Origin: Candidatus Fermentibacterota bacterium
GTDB lineage: Bacteria > Fermentibacterota > Fermentibacteria > Fermentibacterales > Fermentibacteraceae
Direction: 5' to 3'
Assembly (NCBI GenBank): GCA_012523605.1
Contig: JAAYTY010000056.1
Span: 1-58,546 of the forward strand
Length of the DNA stretch: 58,546 nt
Shown in pieces: positions 19,727 to 27,273 of the stretch; position 1 is the stretch's first letter, and each line of letters begins with the position of its first letter. The translations under genes were made by a program, and so were the position numbers. Below the pieces are notes generated by a model that saw nothing but the letters and a program-made list of their open reading frames with translations, ran no database searches and was not told the DNA's origin.

Positions 19727-20497
19727 TCAGAACAGCCAGGGGAAGCGCAGCCGCCATACCATCCATACGGCCTCCCATACGATGCTGCGGGTCATCTTCG
19801 AGGTGCCGGCATGTCTGTCCACGAAGATGATCGGTATTTCCGCCACCCTGCACCCGGCTTTCAGCAGCTTGTAGGTGACCTCTATCTGGAAGGAGTATCC
19901 GTCGGAATGGATCCTGTTCAGATCGAGGCGGGCGAGGGCCTCCCGTCTGAAGGCCTTGAATCCCCCGGTGGCGTCCATCACGGGCATTCCGGTCACGAGC
20001 CTGGTGTAGCGGTTTGCGAACCAGGAGAGCAGCAGTCTCGACAGGGGCCAGTTCACCACGTTCACGCCGCTGCAGTAACGGGAGCCCAGCACGAAGTCGC
20101 AGTTCTCCAGCGCGGCTATCAGCTCGGGGATCTTCGCCGGGTCGTGAGAGAAGTCGGCATCCATCTGGATGATCGGATCGAACTCCCGTTCCAGCGCCCA
20201 GCGGAATCCGGCCACATAGGCCTGGCCCAGCCCGGCCTTGCCGGGCCGCGAAAGCAGATGCACCCTCCCGGTCGGCATCATCTCCTCGACCGCACCGGCA
20301 GTGCCGTCAGGGCTGTTGTCGTCGACAATCAGCACGTCGATGCCTCCCGGCAGGGCGAGCAGGGCGGGCAGCAGTCTCCTTATGTTGTCGATTTCGTTGT
20401 AGGTGGGAACTACCGCGAGGGGGCTCTTCAATCGATCTCCTCCCGTGCCCTGGCTCATCGGCGCCATCCCGGCGGATTCGACCGGGAGATGGCTCAT
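19727..20497 (-). CDS. Polyprenol-monophosphomannose synthase (DPM1/Ppm1-like GT2)
   Basis: Motifs seen: AVVPTYNE, VDDNSPDGT, QMDADFSHDP and DGYSFQIE. The start is uncertain, with alternative Met codons at 20467 and 20458. Confidence 0.75.
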   Translation of the reverse strand: MSHLPVESAGMAPMSQGTGGDRLKSPLAVVPTYNEIDNIRRLLPALLALPGGIDVLIVDDNSPDGTAGAVEEMMPTGRVHLLSRPGKAGLGQAYVAGFRWALEREFDPIIQMDADFSHDPAKIPELIAALENCDFVLGSRYCSGVNVVNWPLSRLLLSWFANRYTRLVTGMPVMDATGGFKAFRREALARLDLNRIHSDGYSFQIEVTYKLLKAGCRVAEIPIIFVDRHAGTSKMTRSIVWEAVWMVWRLRFPWLF

Positions 20498-20504
20498 GCA
20501 GAAG

Positions 20505-20538
20505 GATTTATATATTGAGAACCACTCGGAGGTTGCAA
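20505..20538. promoter_or_regulatory. AT-rich divergent promoter region plus an SD for the Omp85-like gene
   Basis: TTTATATATT (about 20507-20516) is the only AT-rich stretch in this region. CGGAGG sits 6 nt upstream of the ATG at 20539. Confidence 0.3.
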
Positions 20539-21576
20539 ATGCGAATCCTTCACGTTTCCCTTCTCCTGTCCTCGGCCGCGGCGGCCGAGCTTGGCGTCCT
20601 TCCCATGATCAGCTACTCGTCCTCTTCCGGGTTCCTGTACGGCCTCAGAGCTGATGCGGTCCTTGAATCCGGGCGGGGCGGCATGCTGACCGCAATGGCA
20701 TACTGGACAACCAGGGGCGGCCAGTACCAGTCTTTCGGCGCGGTGCTCCCCCGAGGCAGAGGCGCGTGGAGGCTTTCGCTGTCGCACGATCAGCTCCGCG
20801 GGACGGACTTCTACGGCTGGGGAAACGGAGGCGACCCCGATTCGAGCCTGGAATACGACAGAGAGGTGGACAAGGCATATTTCGGCCGGCTTCAGGAGAT
20901 CGCGGGGAGGCTCACTGTGGAGGCAGGCGCCGAGGTCCGGCATTCGAGCGCCTTCGATCTCGAAGACGGTCCCCTGTGGGAAGGCCTGCCCTCCCTCGAG
21001 ACGGCTTCCCTGTGGACCGCCGGCCCCAGGCTGGGGATCGCCCTGGACTGCCCGGGCATTCCGGGTTCTCTGGAGGCGGTGTTCAACCATCAGGCGGGTT
21101 CCGGGATGAGCTATTCCTCGGTTTCGCTCTCGCGGACCGCATTCTTCGGTCTCCCCGCCGACGTGGACCTCTGCCTGCGCTACTGCCTCGGGTACCACTC
21201 CGGGATCGAGGAGACGCCATTCCCCTTCCTGCCTGCGCTCGGACCCGACGAACTGCTGCGAGGGTACGACACGAACAGGTTCTATGGACCGTGGACGGCG
21301 GTCGCGAACGCGGAGCTAAGGAAGGTCATCCTGTCTGCGGGATGCTCCGGCGACGGGGGTGCCGGAGGCGGGCCGGCTCTCACGGCGGGCGCGGCGCTCT
21401 ATGCCGATGCGGGCCAGGTAGCAGGCGGGTTCGGAGGATTAAGGCAGGACAGGTACCACACCGATGCCGGCATCGGAGCGCGCATCGGCATAGGCCCGAC
21501 CCTTGTGAGGATCGATTGCACGGTGCTTTCGCCGGAGGGGCTCAAGCTCGAGCTGGCCTTCGGCCAGCCGTTCTGA
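20539..21576 (+). CDS. Omp85/surface-antigen (D15) family outer-membrane beta-barrel
   Basis: It has a signal peptide (MRILHVSLLLSSAAAAE), alternating beta-strand patterns, LRGY..NRFYG, and a terminal aromatic residue (AFGQPF) typical of OMPs. Confidence 0.6.
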   Translation: MRILHVSLLLSSAAAAELGVLPMISYSSSSGFLYGLRADAVLESGRGGMLTAMAYWTTRGGQYQSFGAVLPRGRGAWRLSLSHDQLRGTDFYGWGNGGDPDSSLEYDREVDKAYFGRLQEIAGRLTVEAGAEVRHSSAFDLEDGPLWEGLPSLETASLWTAGPRLGIALDCPGIPGSLEAVFNHQAGSGMSYSSVSLSRTAFFGLPADVDLCLRYCLGYHSGIEETPFPFLPALGPDELLRGYDTNRFYGPWTAVANAELRKVILSAGCSGDGGAGGGPALTAGAALYADAGQVAGGFGGLRQDRYHTDAGIGARIGIGPTLVRIDCTVLSPEGLKLELAFGQPF

Positions 21577-21586
21577 CTGTCAATAG

Positions 21587-21733
21587 GGGTCGGAGTTAAC
21601 TTCGTTAACTTCGATCTCTATCGCCGTCCCTGACAGCATTCACGCACGCCCGCCGCTTCCAGGGTGATACATGACCCTCCAGGCGTCACCCCGGAGCGGC
21701 CGGCGCCGAAGTTAACGAAGTTAACTCCGACCC
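21587..21733. repeat. 147-bp element bounded by perfect 27-bp inverted repeats (MITE-like, inverton-like or giant bidirectional terminator)
   Basis: GGGTCGGAGTTAACTTCGTTAACTTCG at 21587-21613 is the exact reverse complement of 21707-21733, with a 93-nt spacer. Each arm contains a tandem GTTAACTTC x2 (two HpaI-type palindromes). The element fills the gap between convergent genes. Confidence 0.7.
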
Positions 21734-21747
21734 TTTAGCGCCATGTG

Positions 21748-24060
21748 CTATTCCACCAAGATTATGGTTGAGATGTACATGGTCGTGCCCATGCGGCCGG
21801 CCACCTCCACTGCTTCAGCCAGACCGCCTAGCGGGCCGACCGGCAGTGACAGGGAGCCGATCAGGCCCGGCTGGGGATACACGGCCACCGCCGGCTCGTC
21901 GCCCGGGTCCATGCCGGCCATCCTCCATGCGCACTCCACTGCGTCCGTCACTCCGCCCAGCCTGTCCACAAGTCCGCGCTCGACGGCATCCGCACCCGCC
22001 CATACCCTTCCTTGGGCGACGGCGTGTACCTCGTCGAAGGACATTCGCCTGCCCTCGGCCACGCGGTTCACAAACAAGTCGTAGCTGTTCTGCATCAGTG
22101 CCTGCATCCTGTCGCGCTGCTCGGGGGTGTAAGGCGAGAACAGGCTTCCCATGTCGGCCATCGGCCACGACGTGATCGTCTCGACTTTCACTCCGAGCCT
22201 GTCCAGGAGTCCTGCGATAGCGAACTTGCCAGTTATCACGCCTATCGAGCCCGTCACGGTGAGAGCGTCGGCGAAGATGCTGTCCGCACCGCACGCGATG
22301 TAGTAGCCTCCCGACGCGGCCACTGCGCCCATCGACACCACCACGGGGATCCTCTCCGAAACCCTGTCCAGAGCGTGGAGGATCTCCTCGCTGGCGAAGG
22401 CGTCGCCCCCGGGCGAATCCACCCTCAGCACCAGGGCCTTCACTCCGGGGGCCGACGCGGCGCGCTCTATCAGAGAGCACATCGTCTCGCTGCCCATGGT
22501 GCGTCCCAGCGGGAAGGAGTTCCCGCTTTCCCCGCGAGTTATCATCCCGGTTGCCACCACCACGGCTACGTGCGGCTCGGGGCCCCAGTAGTCCTCGACT
22601 GGAACGGACGATCGGTACTGGTCCAGCGAGCTGATGGACACACCTCGGCCCAGATCGGCCTCCATCCGCTCCTCCAGCTCGTCCGGGAACAGGAGACCGT
22701 CGGCGAGGCCGAGGTTCGGCGCATCGGCGCCGGCGCAGGGCCCCCTCTCAAGAAGAGCGCGGATCTGCGGGCCCTCGAGGCCGAGACCCTCGGTGATGCC
22801 CCGGAACATCTCCCTCTCGAAGGCCTCCAGCATGGCGGTCTCGGCTTCGACCTGCGCCTCCGAGATATCCGATCTCGTGAACATCTCGCTCGCGCTCTTG
22901 TAGTCGCCGATGTGGAGGAGGTCGGGATATACGCCCAGGCCGTCCAGCATGTCCCTCAGGAAGATGCTGTGCGCAGATAGACCGATCAGTCCGACCTCGC
23001 CCGCCGGATGCAGGAAGACGTCCGTGCCGACCGACGCCAGATAGATATCGAAGTTGCCCCCCCCGGTCATGTAGATGTACACCGGCTTGCCGGCGGCCCG
23101 CACACGTTCCAGCAGCTCTCGCATCTCCTCCACCTGGGCGGGGTTGCCGATGTCGCCGTCGATCTCCACTACAACGCCTTCCACGCCGGCGTCCCCGGCC
23201 ATGCGGCTGATGAGCAGGGCATCCTCGGCAAAGGATGGACGAACAGGCCCGAGGAAGCCCCTGGTCCTCTCCTCGCTCGAGTTCCCGGGCTCGATCCTCA
23301 CGAAACGTCCGGGAGGAGGAAGGAGGCTGCCCCGGGGGCTCGAGGAGAGACGCACCTGGCCTCTCGTTCCGGTATAGCCGTCGTCATCGTCGAAGGCGGC
23401 TGAGCCGCCGAGCCCGAGGTTGCCGAAGTCGGTGGAGATGCCCGCCCGGAAGCCCTCGGTGCCTCCGTCGAACCGGAGAGCGAGCCCTTCCGCCGGCCTG
23501 ACCTCCACTCCGCCCGAGTACTCGATGTCCTCGAACCGGTCACCTGCGGTCAGCCCTGCGAGGAGCGTCGCCATGCGTCCGGCGGGACGCACGGCCAGCC
23601 CGGCCTTCCAGAGGCGCTCCTGCACGAAGTTGCCCGAGGTGAAGCCACCCCGGCTCACGACCCCCAGGCCCAGCCATCGCAACGGCCTCGCCGAGAGGCC
23701 GCACGTCCAGAACCCCTCTCCATCGTACTCCGATTCCCTGGTGGGATCGAACCAGGTGTAGGAGCAGCCCGCCGCCAGCATATCTCCCAGGAACCTGCTT
23801 CCCGAACCTATCGTGAAACTCCTCATGCCCTCGGCGTCGTTCCAGTATCCTCTGGCCCCGAAACCGGGCGCGGCCAGAGCCAGGCCGTCGAAGCGCTCGA
23901 AGGAGCTGTCGCTGGCCTGGAAGCCTATCGACAGCATCAGGTCCGGATGCCATGCGAGGCAGGCCGGGTTCACGATGTCCGCCTCTCCCGGAACCGGGGC
24001 GGCCGTCCAGTCGAACTGCGGCTCGAGTCCCGCTAGGATTCCGAGCAGGAGTATCGTCAT
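21748..24060 (-). CDS. sppA: Signal peptide peptidase SppA (67K type, tandem S49 domains) with a ~265-aa N-terminal extension
   Basis: S49 motifs are present (VLRVDSPGGDAFASEEI, SMGAVAASGGYYIACGAD, TGSIGV), plus an upstream degenerate S49 copy (VVEIDGDIGNPAQVEE). The N-terminal part is rich in beta-strand-like patterns. Confidence 0.75.
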   Translation of the reverse strand: MTILLLGILAGLEPQFDWTAAPVPGEADIVNPACLAWHPDLMLSIGFQASDSSFERFDGLALAAPGFGARGYWNDAEGMRSFTIGSGSRFLGDMLAAGCSYTWFDPTRESEYDGEGFWTCGLSARPLRWLGLGVVSRGGFTSGNFVQERLWKAGLAVRPAGRMATLLAGLTAGDRFEDIEYSGGVEVRPAEGLALRFDGGTEGFRAGISTDFGNLGLGGSAAFDDDDGYTGTRGQVRLSSSPRGSLLPPPGRFVRIEPGNSSEERTRGFLGPVRPSFAEDALLISRMAGDAGVEGVVVEIDGDIGNPAQVEEMRELLERVRAAGKPVYIYMTGGGNFDIYLASVGTDVFLHPAGEVGLIGLSAHSIFLRDMLDGLGVYPDLLHIGDYKSASEMFTRSDISEAQVEAETAMLEAFEREMFRGITEGLGLEGPQIRALLERGPCAGADAPNLGLADGLLFPDELEERMEADLGRGVSISSLDQYRSSVPVEDYWGPEPHVAVVVATGMITRGESGNSFPLGRTMGSETMCSLIERAASAPGVKALVLRVDSPGGDAFASEEILHALDRVSERIPVVVSMGAVAASGGYYIACGADSIFADALTVTGSIGVITGKFAIAGLLDRLGVKVETITSWPMADMGSLFSPYTPEQRDRMQALMQNSYDLFVNRVAEGRRMSFDEVHAVAQGRVWAGADAVERGLVDRLGGVTDAVECAWRMAGMDPGDEPAVAVYPQPGLIGSLSLPVGPLGGLAEAVEVAGRMGTTMYISTIILVE

Positions 24061-24182
24061 TCCATCCCTCCTAAGGACGTATCACGGCGGATTTCGAGGA
24101 CTGCGGCACAGAGGGTGCGCCCGGAAGCGGTCAGCCGACTGCCTTCGAGAGCGGCGGGGCTCCGCCCGGGTCGATCGTCCTT

Positions 24183-24515
24183 CTATCTGTCTCCCCCGCC
24201 GAGCTTCGCGAGCAGGGAAGACACGGGAATCCACACTATCAGGGCGCCGATCAGGAACGGCCACGCCCTGACTATGCCGATCGAGTCGTGATTCAATGCT
24301 GCGATGCCCGCGGCCCCCCAGCCCAGCAGGAGGAATCCGAGGAAGACGTTCTCGCGGTGCCTGAGGCCGCGTATCAGCGAGGCGATGCCTATCGCGCAGA
24401 ATACGGAGGGCCACCACCTGCCCAGGTCGACACCGAAGCCCCAGAGTATGAAAAGAAGACCGACGGTGCCGAGCACCACGGCCATGATGACCCATCCCCT
24501 GCCAACACCGGCCAT
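24183..24515 (-). CDS. Small 4-TM membrane protein, unknown function
   Basis: A 110-aa protein with four hydrophobic segments. It is co-oriented with, and 12 nt downstream of, the lipoprotein gene. Confidence 0.5.
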   Translation of the reverse strand: MAGVGRGWVIMAVVLGTVGLLFILWGFGVDLGRWWPSVFCAIGIASLIRGLRHRENVFLGFLLLGWGAAGIAALNHDSIGIVRAWPFLIGALIVWIPVSSLLAKLGGGDR

Positions 24516-24527
24516 CGCCGCCCCCTC

Positions 24528-25010
24528 CTATTCCTCCGGGGGTGGAACGAGCCCGGCGATGTCGACGGCCCATCCCGCCGGAGTCAGGCGTACCGGGATT
24601 TCCTGCGGCCCCCGGGAAGTCCTCACCACAACGATCGCGAATGCCGAATCGACGTATTCGACGGATCTTATGCTCGTGCTCATGCGGCGCGCGGCCTCCG
24701 AGGCGGAGGTCATGCGGACGAACAGCTCCTGCCCCGTCAGACCGGCGAACTCCTCCTCGGTCATCCCTCCCGCCAGGCGCTCGAGCGCAGGACCCGCCTC
24801 CACATACCCGAAATGACGAAGGATCAGGACTGTCGAATCATACCAGGCCTGCGATTCCGGAGTGAGCAGGGACCAGGCCGTGACGTAGTCGGAGTCGGCC
24901 AGTGCTTCCGCCAGACCAGTCACCGCCGAGGCAGGCCCCTCTCCGTTTCCGCAGGCGCAGGCCGCGAGCATTGCGACAGTCACTGCGGCATGGCGGAGTG
25001 CGGTTTTCAC
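24528..25010 (-). CDS. Lipoprotein, unknown function
   Basis: The GTG start at 25010 overlaps the DUF1015 stop (GTGA). A lipobox-like sequence (VAMLAACAC) is present. Confidence 0.5.
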   Translation of the reverse strand: MKTALRHAAVTVAMLAACACGNGEGPASAVTGLAEALADSDYVTAWSLLTPESQAWYDSTVLILRHFGYVEAGPALERLAGGMTEEEFAGLTGQELFVRMTSASEAARRMSTSIRSVEYVDSAFAIVVVRTSRGPQEIPVRLTPAGWAVDIAGLVPPPEE

Positions 25011-26242
25011 AGCAGGTGTATCACCAGCCCGCTGCGGAGCTTGGGCTCGAACCATGTGGACTTGGGCGGCATTACATTCCCGCTCTCGGCGACTCTCAGA
25101 AGCTGGTCCATCGTGGTGGGGTACAGAGAGAAGGCAACGGCGTACCTGCCTGTGTCAACGAGGGTGGACAGCTCGCCCGTGCCCCTGATGCCGCCGACGA
25201 ACCCGATCCTCTTGTCGGTTCTAGGATCCTCTATGCCGAGGACGGGGCCCAGCAGATTGTTCTGCAGAATGCTGGAGTCGAGACTCATGACGGGGTCGTC
25301 GTGCGGATAGGTGCCGTCCTTCGCTCTGAGGCCTATCCAGGAGCCGTTCATGTACATCGAGAACTCGTGCACTCTCCCTGGGCTGGCGGGCGCGGACTGG
25401 ACGATCTCGAAGTTCTTCGAGACAAGATCCATGAAAGCGGCCGGAGAGTGCCCGTTGAGGTCCTTCACCACCCTGTTGTACGGAAGGATCCTCATGTGGC
25501 TCTTGGGGAAGATAACGGCCAGGAACCCGTTGTACTCCTCGTTTCCGGTGTGTCCAGGATCGGCCTCCCGGCGCCGCCGGGCCAGTATCGCGGCCGCGGC
25601 GCTCCTGTGATGGCCGTCCGCAACGTAGAGAGCCGGCACATCGGCGAAGAGCTGTTCTATCTTCCTCACCACCGCCTCGCCCGACGCGAGCCACAGGGTG
25701 TGCCTGACGCCGTCCGGGGCCGTGAAGTCGTACTCGGGCTCTCCCCGCCCCACCTCCGCCTGGATGGCGCTGAGCTCGGCCACGTCCGGGTAAGTGAGGA
25801 AGACGGGGCCCACCTGGGCGTTCAGAGCGTCGATGTGGCGAAGGCGGTCCTCCTCCTTGTCCTTCCTCGTAAACTCGTGCTTTCTTATCACGTTGCGGTC
25901 GTAGTCCTCGACCGAGGCGCACCCCACGAGGCCCACCTGGGCATGGTCGCCCATTATCTGCCGGTAGAAGTAGAAGCAGGGCTCGGGATCCTGAACGAGG
26001 ACCCCGTCGGCGATCATCTTCCTGAAGTTCTCGGCGCCGCGGGCGTAGACCCGCGGATCGTAGAGGTCAATCGACGGATCGAGATCGATCTCGGGCTTCG
26101 TCACGTGGAGTATGCTGTAGGGATTCCCGGCGGCCATCTCTCTGGCCTCGTCGGAGTCGAGCACGTCATAGGGAGGTGCGGCCACCCTGCTGGCGTACTC
26201 CTTCAGCGGCCTCAAGCCCTTGAACGGTCTTATTCTTGCCAT
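25007..26242 (-). CDS. DUF1015 family protein
   Basis: Signatures characteristic of DUF1015 are present: MARIRPFKGLRP, APPYDVL, IRKHE.T...KEEDRL and YVADGHHR. Confidence 0.75.
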   Translation of the reverse strand: MARIRPFKGLRPLKEYASRVAAPPYDVLDSDEAREMAAGNPYSILHVTKPEIDLDPSIDLYDPRVYARGAENFRKMIADGVLVQDPEPCFYFYRQIMGDHAQVGLVGCASVEDYDRNVIRKHEFTRKDKEEDRLRHIDALNAQVGPVFLTYPDVAELSAIQAEVGRGEPEYDFTAPDGVRHTLWLASGEAVVRKIEQLFADVPALYVADGHHRSAAAAILARRRREADPGHTGNEEYNGFLAVIFPKSHMRILPYNRVVKDLNGHSPAAFMDLVSKNFEIVQSAPASPGRVHEFSMYMNGSWIGLRAKDGTYPHDDPVMSLDSSILQNNLLGPVLGIEDPRTDKRIGFVGGIRGTGELSTLVDTGRYAVAFSLYPTTMDQLLRVAESGNVMPPKSTWFEPKLRSGLVIHLL

Positions 26243-26316
26243 CGCTAGCCTCCGGGACTCCTGGATGTGGCGTTCCGGGCCCCTGCCAGCTCAGCCGGCT
26301 CCGGGACCGATTCGAA

Positions 26317-27096
26317 CTAGTTTACAAGAGAAACGCCTCTCGGTCCAGAACCCCGCGACTTGAAGAGTGCCTGTACTGCCTTCCTCTCGACCTCGAACCT
26401 CGGATCCAGAACAGCCGAGCGCGACAGCTCCGCCCCCAGCTTGCGCCACGCCTCCAGCGGCCGTCCGAGGTCTCTGGAGAGCATCAAGCCCTCCGCGAAC
26501 ACCCGCCATCTCCATTCGGGTTCTGACCTGTCCCATTCCTCGACCAGCCCGGGCAGGAAGCGCGTGTCGCCGTCCCTGAAGGCCGTTTCGAGGGCCAGCA
26601 GCCTGGACGAGAGGCCGTTCTCCTCTCCGAGGAACGGAAGCTCGACCCGTGCGCCCCCCCTCCTCCAGGCCCGAGCTCTGAGCACCAGAGCGAGCGGCTC
26701 GGAGCCCCTTGCCAGCTCGATGCAGCCCGCGTGGTTGCCGGCGGCCTCTGTGAGTCTGTAAACAGGCCCCAGCTCGAGCCTGCGGGCCGAGCGCTCCTCG
26801 CCACTGCCGCGCAGGAGTTCGACGGCGCGTTTGAACGCGCCCAGCGCCTCCTCCCATTTCCCAAGGCGGGAGAATCCGTCGGCGGCCGCGGTCTGCACCG
26901 CCGGAAGGCCGGACTGCTCGGCAAGGGCTTCCGCGATGTATTCTTCCGCAGCCCCGCGGTTGCCCTGGTCGAGCACCAGGCGTATCCTGCGCTTCCAGAG
27001 GGCGGCTCTCACGTCCGGCGACTTCTCAGTCGCCAGAAGCGCAGCGATGCCTGGCAGTTGACGCCCGGACGATGCCGGCCCTTTATTCCGATTCAT
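26317..27096 (-). CDS. Helical-repeat (TPR-like) hypothetical protein
   Basis: The frame has high GC3 and predicts a helical, Ala/Leu/Arg-rich product. The ATG at 27096 follows a GGAG 8 nt upstream. A GTG at 27246 is an alternative start. Confidence 0.45.
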   Translation of the reverse strand: MNRNKGPASSGRQLPGIAALLATEKSPDVRAALWKRRIRLVLDQGNRGAAEEYIAEALAEQSGLPAVQTAAADGFSRLGKWEEALGAFKRAVELLRGSGEERSARRLELGPVYRLTEAAGNHAGCIELARGSEPLALVLRARAWRRGGARVELPFLGEENGLSSRLLALETAFRDGDTRFLPGLVEEWDRSEPEWRWRVFAEGLMLSRDLGRPLEAWRKLGAELSRSAVLDPRFEVERKAVQALFKSRGSGPRGVSLVN

Positions 27097-27273
27097 GAGA
27101 TCGGCTCCGGTCAGAGGGTTTACGATGTCGCGCGCCTCCGGTGGTCCTACTCGCAACCGGAGCGTTGGTTCCCCGTTCCGGCCGGTTCCGGGCTCGAACC
27201 CCCGCAGCGACCTCCGGAGAATACCCTGAAAGTCTTCCAGGGTCACTACCGTGCGCTCGAGAACGCTCTCGTC

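Noticed and set aside
26731-27273. The upstream 180 codons of the 1130-aa track ORF could be the N-terminus of AddB.
   Set aside because: This part is Arg/Gly/Pro-rich junk lying antisense to a better-supported minus-strand gene (26317-27096, with a GGAG SD and high GC3). Recognisable AddB-like sequence begins only around 27226-27280.
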